A stretch of DNA of 64,000 nucleotides, taken from contig CM059433.1 of assembly GCA_030390025.1 (NCBI GenBank), forward strand, positions 21,144,001 through 21,208,000, in the 5' to 3' direction. Below the pieces are notes generated by a model, which saw nothing but the letters and a program-made list of their open reading frames with translations, made no database searches and had not been told where the DNA came from. The number at the start of each line of letters is the position of its first letter. The stretch's first letter is position 1. The DNA comes from Squalus acanthias (lineage: Eukaryota). Both the position numbers and the translations under genes were made by a program. Positions 39,683 through 50,614 of this stretch are shown here, piece by piece.

Positions 39683-40477
39683 TCTTCAAGGAGATAAAAG
39701 TTTGGAGGTGGTGCACCATCGACCAAAAACCAGTGGAATAAGCCAAGGCAGCAAGCAGCTCTTAAATGAAGCTGGATAAGTGAGGTCAGCAGAGGCGAGT
39801 TTCAGTCCCAAAAGACTAATTGGCCCAGGGGAACCCACACTTCTGAAATCAACTGGCCAATTAGGGGAAAATCGCAAATTTTCCCACCTGACAGTGGAGG
39901 CGGGTTTGGAACCCACCCAAACCGAAACCTGCCTCCAATGGGAAAATCATGCCCTAAGTCTCTGGAGTGGAACGTGAACCCATAAACTTCTGACTCAGAA
40001 ACTAGAGCGCTACCGGTGAGCCAAGGTTGACACCTTATGAAGACTACAAGAATGGATCAAAATTAAAGAAGCTATTGTTCATGATATCCTGTTTGCTGAT
40101 AACTGGCCCACACATTAGAAGACCACCAGATCATCATCAACTATTCATTAATCTGAAGAAGACTGATTTATGTTTCAGTTGACATGTTGTTCACATTTCA
40201 CACCATCATTACTGTTCATTAAAGGAACATAGCTGAGGTCAGTCCAATAATTTACCTAAACAGGGCAGCACCTTTTCATATCTTTGGTGTTTCATTGATT
40301 GAGGAAGGCCTGGTCAGCTTTGGGTGTCTGTAAAATCATGCATGGGATGAGCATAGACTGAAGCTCTGGACCAAGCTTAATATGTATAAGGGAGTCATCC
40401 TGTCGCATACAGTACCACTCCTTTATAGAGTGCACAGGCCATTCCCATACCCTGCATGCCCTGTATTTTTACTTTAA

Positions 40478-40680
40478 AAAAAATGGGGTTGTGGGCATCG
40501 CTTAGCGAGGCCAGCATTTATTGCCCATCCCCAGATGTCCTTGAGAAGATGGTGATGACCCTTCTTCTTGAACCGCTGCAGTCCATGTGGTGAAGGTGCT
40601 GCCACAGTGCTATTAGGTAAGGAGAGGAGTTCCAGGATTTTGACCCAGCGATGATGAAGGAATGATGATCTATGTCCAAG
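40478..40680 (-). mobile_element. CR1-clade LINE 3' end (different family)
   Basis: ..AGSKSWNS..NSTVAAPSPHGLQRFKKKGHHHLLK; gggcaataaatgctggcc tail. Confidence 0.7.
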
Positions 40681-41288
40681 TTGCGCCCCGAAAAAGTTAG
40701 CGCCCCTCCGCCGGAAATTCAGTAGCAGCGCCTCAAGCAGGAGGTGGGGTGCTACTGGAAAGCGCTCCACCTCCTGCTTGGGGCAGTACCACTGAATTTC
40801 ACGGCACTACGTGCAGCAGCGTCACGTACTGCAGGCCTCCTCCCCTGATTAAAGGGGAGGGGCCTGGTGCTGCGCGCACCGGGGTCCTGCTGGACCATCA
40901 GGGAGCGGGGTGCCGTGGAAACACTCAAGAGGAGTGCCGGGCTGAGCGATCACGGCCGGCACCCCGCATAAAAAAGTGAAAGGGCGCAGGTGCTGGCAGT
41001 CGACCAACATAAAAATAGCCGCCCGACACCTGCCCCTTAAGTAGCGCTGCCGCTGCAAAAACACCCCCTGATCCTGTCGGACATATCATCCGGCGATAGA
41101 TCAGGGGGCGCAGGGGAAGGTTGCGGCCGGGGCACAAGCGGGGCGCTGCGCATGGCGATGACGTCATCGCTGGCGGCGCAGCGCCGCTTGGTGCTACCGG
41201 CTACCGCCGCCGCTGACCTCCCACTGAATTTCACGGGAGGTGTTAGCAGCGCTGACGAGAGGTGCAAACCAACCCAATTTTTCTCCCC
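40681..41288. mobile_element. Harbinger-type MITE, family C (left end missing)
   Basis: Right TIR aattttttctcccc; AGCGCT/AGCGCC motifs; ttaaaggggaggg core. Confidence 0.7.
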
Positions 41289-41372
41289 TGGGCTTTTCTT
41301 TATCAGGACTGCCCTGCTCTGCTGGAATACACTGTACGCCTCGGCTGCTGTGGCTCTGCTCTCCCATTCAAT

Positions 41373-42136
41373 GGCCCTGAAATTCGCCTCTCCGGCTTGC
41401 CGCGGGGGTAAGGATCGCGCGCGCACTTACCTACCACGCCTGCCGTTGACCTCTGGGCCCACGGGAACTTCAGCTCCTGGGCCTGCTCCAAGTGCCGGCG
41501 CGCAGTGCTTGCATGTCCCAGGGGCATAGTTACTGCGATGCGTCCCCTGGGATTACGTGGGCCATGGAGAGCCAATGGCAGCAGACCATCTTTCATTCAT
41601 AGATTTGACAGGAAGACCTGTCAAATCTATGAATTGAAATTGGCCCCAAAAGAACAGCTAAACTTAAAATAATTTTTAAAAAACCATCACATTTATAAAA
41701 TAACTATAAGCTAAGTAAATCAATGACTTTAAACAAAAATTTTAATTTTTGAAAAAATTAAAATACTTTTTAAGAGTGCTAAAAATAAACTTACCTTTCT
41801 TTAAAGTATCTAAAAAAGATAAACCTGTTGAAATTTTTTTTTTATTATAATTAATTAACCACTTACCTTGTTGAAAACGGGTCCTGCGCCTCCTTTTTCA
41901 AAGCATAGGTTCTTCAATACTTACCCTCCCGTAGAAACGTGAAAAAAAAACTAAGTTTGCTGCATGCGCGCAGCCTCTACCACGCACGCGGTTCACCTAT
42001 GAACCGCCCCCTTCACCAGACCGGAAGTTCCGGTTTCCCACGCATGCGCAGTGCATGCAGGAAACCGGCACTTCAGGACGCCTTATGGGTGAGTACACAC
42101 TGTGTACTCACCCGGGAAGGGCCGAATTTTTGGCCC
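41373..42136 (-). mobile_element. Harbinger-type MITE, family A
   Basis: TIR ggccctgaaattcg / cgaatttttggccc; aat TSD; close to the 63117 copy. Confidence 0.9.
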
Positions 42137-42410
42137 AATGTCTTAAAATCTACGGGAACCTGTTTCAGCCTACAACGCCCATACCCCACCTGCTGCTGTT
42201 ACCTGCTGAGCTTCAGAAATGTATTTCAGTGCACTGCTGGCTTCTGCTGCGGTGTGGGTTCCTGGACAGAAATCTGCGTTCTCTTGAGGTGAATCACATT
42301 TCTCCACGGGCGTCTAGGCTTTACTGTGCCCTACATCTTCACTACTGCTTTCTCCACATACTGTATTCTCTACTGAATTCTTCTATACTAGAACTTAGTC
42401 TGCTTCCATA

Positions 42411-43174
42411 GGCGGGGAGAAATTCGGTATAGCCCCGTTTGGGGCGCTAAAACTTTAAAAGTTAAAAAATTAGCACCAGGCGCTAATCATGCTCGCATCC
42501 CGCGAAATTCAGTTTTAGCGCTCCAAGAGGGACGTGGAGCACTAAATCAAGCGCTAACCACTTCTCTTAGGGCGCTAAAGTCTGAGAGCGGGGCAGCAGC
42601 GGCAGAGCGCTAAACAATTTCGAGCGCATTGTAAACGGCGCTCTTTCATCACAGAGGCTGCTTCCCTCGCTTAAAGGGGAGGGCCAATGATGCCGCACAA
42701 GCTAATTGTCGTCAGTTCTGTTTTGCAAGGTGACCTGGGCGACTGCCATTACAGCCCCAAACACTCTTACAAAGGGGAGGGCTTGGACATCTTGTACCAG
42801 TGAAACATTAAAAACTTTGCGCAGGCACCAGACTAGCGCAAATAATAAAGGTTGCGCTAGCTGAAAAGCGTTCCCTTTAATTACCGCTCCCGAAGCAGCC
42901 AGCTGAGTTCACAACAACTCCTCTTGCTGGTGTTGTCGGCGCGAGGTGATAAAGCAGGGAAAAAGAGTCAATTTTCCATCCGGGGCGATAACGGGGCGTT
43001 GCGCACTTTATGACGTGGCGCTAGAGGCCCAGGCGCTAAGAGTTGGCACCAAAACGGCACTGAAGTTCGCGGGCATTGCTGCATTCGCCGCGCCCGGGTG
43101 CTAACCCCTTAGCGCCCCGTTAACACCCCCACCAGGCGCTAAGGGGAAGCGCTAATATACCGAATTTTGCAGCC
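42411..43174. mobile_element. Harbinger-type MITE, family C
   Basis: TIR ggggagaaattcggtat / ataccgaattttgcagcc; dense GGCGCTA/TAGCGC motifs. Confidence 0.82.
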
Positions 43175-43189
43175 TTAGTTTTCTTTCTC

Positions 43190-43290
43190 GCTTTGGTTCT
43201 GACCCTTCCATCATGCTTGAAACAGTGAACCATCCCTTCCAGATGCTGATTATCCTGCTATGCATTTCCAGCATTTTTTAGTTTGGAATG
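43190..43290 (+). mobile_element. decayed Penelope pLTR fragment
   Basis: ttctga..gaaac..cagatgctg..cctgctatgcatttccagcatttt resembles 50214-50311. Confidence 0.45.
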
Positions 43291-44307
43291 ATGAATGCTT
43301 TATTAATTAACAAATGCTTTGGTTAGCAAACCTGTCATGTTTCCTTTTCCATTCCCTTTTTTAAGCTATTTGAAGTGCAACTGAGATGATCAGTTGAGTG
43401 ATGATGGAAGCATCATAACCTTCAGATGTGTCACTAGTGACCAGATGCTATGGGGATTGAAGTGCAAGCTGAGTTGGAACTATGGCCAGCTTGCTCTTTT
43501 TCTGGTTGGGGAGGCACTCCACAGCTGTTTTCTTGCTGTAGATAGAGTCAGATGGGATTGGCAGTTCTCCACTCAAGGGCAAAGTTCAATTGATGGGGTC
43601 TAGTCAGTATTTTCCTCATTATGAATTGGTTGCCTGAAACTAATGAAAGATCCTCTGTAGTACTGATGGGCTACCACAAGATATTATTGACAGAATTATT
43701 AACAGATCACACAAGACTCATCTAGAAAACAGTTTTCCCCAGAGGGAATGGTAGCAGATTGTCCAGCAGTGAGATGATAATTTTTGTACTGCTTGGCACA
43801 GAATAAAGGAAAACTGAATGGTGGATAAGTGTGACCAAGGACCTGGCCTGGCCTCTTGTCAACTGGCACATCTCCTGGTAGTCACTTACTTGCTCCAGCG
43901 TTCAATAAAAGGACCAAATAAAATGCTTTGCATCAGTGTCAATTTACTGTTGCTGGCAACCACAGAATTACTTCTCTTCAATGGATAAAAAGGCAATGTG
44001 TAATGCTGTCTGGGCTCTATGTTCATTAGCCCTGACACTGATATTTCTGCAGTTCTTCACTTCCATTCCTAAGCCAACACTAATTTATCACACCAGTTAA
44101 TTTTATTATTAGTGGTAACAGCTACTTTTAAGTGTAAGCTGTGTTTGTATTATTTTTTGTTCATGTCACAATAATTATTATTCTTGCCGGACTTTGACCC
44201 TCAGAATGTATTTCTAGGACATGGCATTCGAACATGAATGGGGTATTGTCATGTTTATTACTTCAATAAACAGTGTTTGGGGTTCAGCTAACACGTCAAG
44301 ACAAAAT

Positions 44308-45071
44308 GGCCCAAAAATTCGGCCGAATACGGGAGAGTACGCACTGTGTACTCACCCGTATTCGGTCCCGAAGTGCCGGTTTCCTGCATGCACTGCGCAT
44401 GCGCGGGAAACCGGCACTTCCGGTATGCGAAGGGGGCGGTTCCTAAGTGAACCGCGTGCGCACTACAGGCTGTGCGCACACAGCGCACTTAGGTTTTTTT
44501 TCAGGTTTGAACGCGAAGGTAAGTATGGAAGATTTTACACATGAAAAAAGGAGGCGTAAGACCCCCTTTTAACAAGGTAAGTAGTTAATTAAGTATTATT
44601 TTAAATTTTTTTCAACAGGTTTATCTTTTTTAGAGACTTTAAAGAAAGGTAAGTTTATTTTTATAACTTTTAAAAAGAATTTAGATTTTTTCAAAAATTT
44701 AAATTTTTGTTTAAAGTGGTTAATTTATTTAACTATAGTTATTTTATTAATGTGATGGTTTTTAAAAAAAAATTATTTGAGGTTTAGCTGTTCTTTTGGG
44801 GGCAATTTGTATTCATAGATTTGACAGTTCTCATGTCAAATCTATGAATGAAAGATAGTCTGCTGCAATTGGCTCTCCATGGCCCACATGATCCCAGAGG
44901 TCGCATCGAACTAACTGCGCCTCTGGGACACGCACACACTGCGCGCCGGCACCAGGGAGAGGCCCAGGACCCGAAGTTCGTGTGGGCCCGAAACACAACG
45001 GCAGGCGCGGTAGGTAAGAGCGCGCGCGATCCTTACCCCCGCGGCAAGCCTCCAAGTCAAATTTCTGGGCC
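44308..45071 (+). mobile_element. Harbinger-type MITE, family A (splice sites in CSMD1 sense)
   Basis: TIR ggcccaaaaatt / aatttctgggcc; aat TSD; near reverse complement of 49269-50029. Confidence 0.92.
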
Positions 45072-45491
45072 AATCAGTCACTGAAGAAATATCCTCAAGA
45101 AAATAGATTTTTTAAGTGACTTTAGCACATATCTTTTTTATACCCATCATTTTCCATTACATTTCTGAGCAAAAATGGCTTGCAGTTTTAAAAAAAAATG
45201 AACAGTTTGTTTTGCACACTGATGCCACTCATTGAAACACCAATGTGCAGTGCCACAGAATGGTTGCATGTAGGTTCACATTTGGGATTCCCCACATCAC
45301 TACGTTCCCAGTCTCAGCTGTGTCACTGTGAAATGAGGTTAGGTGCTTCCCACAGTGAGGGAGAATCCCAAGAGAATTGCTTTATTTCTAAGTCTGTTGA
45401 TAATGTGACAACTCCTTATGCTGGATCAGACAGAGTTGAATCTCAATATTATCAGGATCTGGTTGTTGTTGAAAAGACCCTTTCATTAAAC

Positions 45492-46765
45492 TACTACTAC
45501 TACAAATTTTTATTTATATAGCGCCTTTAACATAGTAAAACGTCCCAAGGCGCTTCACAGGAGTATTATAAGACAAAAAATTTGACACCGAGCCACATAA
45601 GGAGAAATTAGGGCAGGTGACCAAAAGCTTGGTCAAAGAGGTAGGTTTTAAGGAGCGTCTTAAAGGAGGAGAGAGAGGCAGAGAGGTTTAGGCAGGGAAT
45701 TCCAGAGCTTAGGGCCTAGGCAACAGAAGGCACGGCCACCAATGGCTGAGCGATTATCATCAGCGATGCTCAAGAGGGCAGAATTAGAGGAGCGCAGATA
45801 TCTCGGGGGGGCGGGGGGGGGTGGCGGTTGGTTGTGGGGCTGGAGGAGATTACAGAGATAGGGAGGAGCAAGGCTATGGAGGGATTTGAAAACAAGGATG
45901 AGAATTTTGAAATTGAGGCGTTGCTTAACCGAGAGCCAATGTAGGTCAGCGAGCACAGGGGTGATGGATGAACGGGACTTGGTGCGAGTTTGGACATAGG
46001 CAGCCGAGTTTTGGATGACCTCAAGTTTACGTAGGGTAGAATGTGTGAGGCCAGCCAGGAGTGTATTGGAATAGTAAAGTCTAGAGGTAACAAAGGCATG
46101 GATGAGGGTTTCAACAGCAGATGTGTTGAGGCAAGGGCGGAGACGGGCGATGTTACGGTGGTGGAAATAGGCGGTCTTAGTTATGCCGTGGATATGTGGT
46201 CGGAAGCTCATTTCAGGGTCAAGTATGAAAACAAGATTGCAAACAGTGTGGTTCAGCCTCAGACAGATGTTAGGGAGAGGGATAGAGTCAGTGGCTAGGA
46301 AATTGAGTTTGTGGCGGGGACCAAAAAAAATGGCTCGGTCTTCCCGATATTTAATTGGAGAAAATTTCTGCTCATCCAGAACTGGTTAGTCTTACAATTT
46401 AGAGACCGTGGAGGGGTCGAGAAAAGTGGTAGTGAGGTAAAGCTGGATGTCATCAGAGTATATGTGGAAACTGACGCGGTGCTTTCGGATGATGTCACCA
46501 AGGGGCAGCATGTAGATGGGAAATAGGAGGGGGCCAAGGATAGATCCTTGGGAGACACTAGAGGTAATGATTTGGAGCGGGAAGAGAAGCCATTGCAGGT
46601 GATTCTCTGGCTACGATTAGATAGGTAAGAATGGAACCAGGTGAGTGCAGTCCCACCCAGCTGGACAACGGTGGAGAGGTGTTAGAAAAGGATGGAGTGG
46701 TCAATCGTATCAAAGGCTGCAGACAGGTCAAGAAGGACGAGGAGGAATAGTTTACCTTTGTCATA
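45492..46765 (-). mobile_element. 5'-truncated L2 LINE
   Basis: GVSQGSILGP region, NFLQLNIGKTE, ETLIHAFVTSRL, LADLHWL, KLWNSLP; (tag)n tail. Confidence 0.95.
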
Positions 46766-47139
46766 GTATCAACTCTCTCTGAAGTGTGCTTTCCTGAATT
46801 TACGTCCTTTTAAGCGAAGGTGTTTAAACTTATTTCAGTTGAAATGGTCTCCAATGGTTTGGAAACTGGCTCCATTGTTCCCATGCATAATAATGGCTTG
46901 TGGACAATTCTGGCAAATACGTACCAGTTTTTGTGCTGTTGATCATATCAAAGCTGAAGCTGTCAAACAAATGGTTTTTCAAGCACCTCCAACAGTGTTG
47001 ACATCTCCCTTAACTCTTAAATTCATTTGGGGTCTAGCCCAGTTCATTGATGGGTAATATGCTGGTTCATTTGTCTAGGGCAAGCGTACATTCTTGCTCA
47101 ATGTAGACAGCTAGCTGTTGATTGTGTGACAGCAGTGAA

Positions 47140-47263
47140 ACTGAAGGGATAGTAGATTGGCGGTTAGGATCAGATCAGCCATGATCTTATTGAATGGCGG
47201 AGCAGGCTCGAGGGGCCAATTGGCCTACTCCTGCTCCTATTTCTTATGTTCTTATGTTCTTAT
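47140..47263 (+). mobile_element. CR1 3' tail
   Basis: gatcagccatgatcttattgaatggcggagcaggctcgagggg..(ttcttatg)3. Confidence 0.85.
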
Positions 47264-48399
47264 GGGGTTTGTATCAACTTTCATTATTGAAGGCTTTTCT
47301 TTTCAACAGACAAAAACATGACTGGCAAAAATATATCATTAATATTATCAATGAGATTAATAAATGCTGGTAATCTGCAAATTTTTCTTCAGTCCAGCCT
47401 TCTGTTTATTAATGTGTTTGTTCAGGAGGTTGAGTCAAAATTTGACCTGTTTTGAGTTATCCAGCTATCTACCATATTATCTTAAGTCAAGCTGACTGAA
47501 CTGCTATCTCACAACTCAACCATAATTTGCAAGTCATAGATCAGGGGGTAATGCATTTGACAAATTATGCATGATGCCAACAAATTTACCAATGGTCAAT
47601 GAGTTAGACACATGCTTCATCTGTCTGTATTGTTTTAATGGAAAATAAGGAGATGAAGTTGAATCCTACCAAAATTAGGTGACCTGGTTACCATGAAGAC
47701 CAAATATAGTCGGTGGACCTTTGAACTTTATGACAATTAGGGGTATTGCTTTAACATTTTGCTAAGATTACAGTGTACAAATCTACATATAATGGTGTAT
47801 ATGTCAATTGTACTGAGCGCTGGGCATGAAAACCTTGAAAAGGTTCAATTTTAGCAGACTGAATGAGGTAAGGGCATTTGAGTGCCACGCTCTGGCACTG
47901 GAACATGGGCAAAAGATGATATCCATGTATGCGGTTAAATTTGTGAGGAGTGCGACAGTACAAGTGTCTCTGGCTGAATGTGTATTCCATATGAAGACAG
48001 CTGGTAGACAACCGAGGTTTACTGATTTTATTTGGAAGGGTACTAACGTGCTTAAGAACAGTCCATCTAACCTCCTGGTCTATGTAGTGGACCCTGCCCG
48101 ATATGGAATGCTCTGCAGGCTGAGTAGTTTATGATTAATGAACGGATCATCAGCTGTGTGCATACAACAGCTGTCCTTTTCTGGCCTGTAAACTGAACCC
48201 TTGGACTGACAACAGATTGTGCGAGATACGTGCCTTCCAGCTTCAATTATTTTGTTTTTAAATTTGCAGCTCATGGGCGATGGTGCTAAAACAACATTAC
48301 AGTAATTAAACTGCTTCATGTCAGGAGTGGCTTTATTCTTGACCTGAAACTATTACAAAATAAACACCCAAAATCACAATTTTTAATAAAAAATTCCTG

Positions 48400-48800
48400 A
48401 GGGGACAGGCTGGCCTAGTGATTTATACGCTGGCATCCCACCTTGGGGACCTGATTTCAAATCCAGGCTGATGGGATGAAAGTCTGCTCTGCCTCCTGGC
48501 AGTATGGATTCAATGTGTAATAAGTTTGGGCTGTCTCAGTCCAATCCTAGTGAGCGTGGGCCTACAGCATGTAACTGCCCCGAATTCATCACCAATTGTC
48601 TAATTCACTTTGATCGGCCTAATGTTGGTTGATGTGGTGAGTGGAATAAATGTCACACTATTGCATTAAAAGGTGTTCATATGGGGTTGAAGCATATTGT
48701 TGAGGCAGAGTAGAGGGAGCTTTACTCTGGATCTAGCTGTGATATTACCTGACCTGGGAGCACTTGATGCTGACACTGGGTGCTTATTCCCCAACACTGT
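48400..48800 (+). mobile_element. old tRNA-SINE resembling LF-SINE
   Basis: B-box-like ttcaaatcc; gtctcagtccaatcctagtg and ggggttgaagcatattg..ggcagagtagagggagcttt resemble the LF-SINE consensus as recalled. Confidence 0.55.
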
Positions 48801-49268
48801 CCACGATTCCCCAAATGAGCACAAAGATGTTTTATAAAAGGAGAAAAAAAAGTTCTCCTTTTTCTCCTGATAGTTCTTCTTCCCATACTCATGTTTATTA
48901 CTTTAATTTTACCTTTAAAAAATGCATTTTATTTACCCATATATTCTTCCTTCTGACTCCCGCCTTCCATGATGGTCAGTTTTCCAAAGATGTGACCAAC
49001 AAGTAATAATTTTTTTTAAATGAACTAGAAAATAAAATCAAAAATTAGTTACAATTATCAGATTTTAAAAAATGACAATTGAATTGAATGCTAAAGTCTT
49101 CCCCATTGCTATACAATTTCAGCCATTTTAATCAGCTTGTTGGAGTTTTCCAAAGCGGTCTTTTGAAATATATAGAGATATTTCCCAGCATTCCTTGCGA
49201 CTAGCCAAACATATGAAAAGCAGTGATTTCTTATGGGCAAATAAAGGATGAAAAGAAGCAAACACAAT

Positions 49269-50029
49269 GGCCCAGAAATTTGACTCAGAGGCTTGCCGCG
49301 GGGGTAAGGATCGCGCGCGATATCACACTTCGCGCCGGCCGTTGTGTTTTGGGCCCACAGGAACTTTGGGTCCTGGGCCTCTCCCTAGTGCCGGCGCGCA
49401 GTGTGTGCGTGTCCCAGGGGCGCAGTTAGTGCGATGCGACCTCTGGGATCACGTGGGCCACGGAGAGCCAATGGCAGCAGACTATCTTTCATTCATAGAT
49501 TTGACAGGAGACATGTCAAATCTGTGAATTGAAAGAGACCCCAAAAGAACAGCTAAACCTCAAATAAATTTAAAAAAAAAACCATTACATTAATAAAATA
49601 ACTATAGTTAAATAAATTAACCACTTTAAACAAAAATTTAAATTTTTAAAAAATTAAAAAAAAATTTAGTTATAAAAATAAACTTACCTTTCTTTAAAGT
49701 CTCTAAAAAAGATAAACCTGTTGAAAAAAATTAAAAATTATACTTAATTAACTACTTACCTTATTCAAAAGGGGTCTTACGCCTCCTTTTTACATGTGTA
49801 GAAGATTCAATACTTACCCTCGCGTTGAAACCTGACAAAAAACCTAAGTGTGCTGCGTGCGCACAACCTGTAGCGCGCACGTGGTTCACCTAGGAACCGC
49901 CCCCTTCGCCATACCGGAAGTGCCGGTTTCCCGCGCATGCGCAGTGCATGCAGGAAACTGGCACTTCGGGATCTAATACAGGTGAGTACACAGTGTGTAC
50001 TCTCCCGTATTAGGCCGAATTTTTGGGCC
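49269..50029 (-). mobile_element. Harbinger-type MITE, family A
   Basis: TIR ggcccagaaatt / aatttttgggcc; aat TSD. Confidence 0.92.
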
Positions 50030-50078
50030 AATATATTTTCATAAGGTACACAAGATGTCCAAGTTAGAAATATCAACC

Positions 50079-50311
50079 CAAAAGAAAAATACTGCAGATG
50101 CTGGAAATCTGAAATAAAAAAAGAAAATGCTGGAAACACTCAGCAGGTCAGGCAGCATCTGTGGAGAGAGAAACAGAGTTAACGTTTCAGGTCGATGACC
50201 CTTCGTCAGAACCGTTCTGACAAAAGGTCATCGACGTGAAACGTTAACTCTGTCTCTCTCTCCACAGATCCTGTCTGAGCTGCTGAGTGTTTCCAGCATT
50301 TTCTGTTTTTC
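50079..50311. mobile_element. Penelope-derived palindromic (inverted pLTR) insertion
   Basis: ~95-bp inverted arms centred at 50213; left arm matches the pLTR at 29333-29462; ttagaaatat(c/t)aacc direct repeats at 50064 and 50312. Confidence 0.88.
50177..50213 (-). ncRNA. minimal hammerhead ribozyme motif
   Basis: Minus strand gtt-CTGACGA-ag-ggtc atc gacc-t-GAAA-cgtt-aac. Confidence 0.7.
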
Positions 50312-50536
50312 TTAGAAATATTAACCAACGGGTAGGAAACCTTGGCATTTCCTCACAGGCAAAAAAATACTCTTATATCGATTGCAATAAACCTTTCCTG
50401 TTTGCAGCAGGAACATTTAATAACACTTAAATATACTCTTTAAATGGGCTCCATTCTGTTGTAATCATGCAGTACTTTTATATTTCAGTGTGATTTTCAT
50501 CTATTAACTCCTTATTTTTTATTTTTTATACAAAAG

Positions 50537-50614
50537 TGAAAAAGGCAATTGAGCTGAAGTCGAGAGGAGTCAAAATGCTTCCCAGTAAGGACAGCGACCA
50601 CAAGAATTCTGTCT
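50537..50614 (+). CDS. CSMD1: CSMD1 internal coding exon (linker after the CUB domain; probably equivalent to human exon 7)
   Basis: Acceptor ttttttatacaaaag and donor CT|gtaagt flank 78 nt. It joins the previous exon in phase 1 (G|TG = Val), giving VKKAIELKSRGVKMLPSKDSDHKNSV, as recalled for CSMD1. Confidence 0.93.

Larger units (their letters stand above)
37511..39954 (+). mobile_element. PIF/Harbinger transposon (decayed) with transposase and a truncated Myb-like gene
   Basis: TIRs gtgggcgattttccca / tgggaaaatcatgccc; TAA TSD; two convergent genes. Confidence 0.93.
35637..40034 (-). mobile_element. single DeuSINE in three pieces (35637-35870, 37403-37510, 39955-40034)
   Basis: The pieces are collinear with the intact 5400-5878 copy once two Harbinger insertions are removed. 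Confidence 0.85.
35130..40420 (+). pseudogene. ancient RTE LINE RT relic in two parts (35130-35450 and 40040-40420)
   Basis: TLPKTQTGF..EQNSNLYITFFNL..LWKFLMKFG; after the SINE, IVHDILFAD, INLKKT, KLWTKLNMYKGVIL. Confidence 0.7.
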
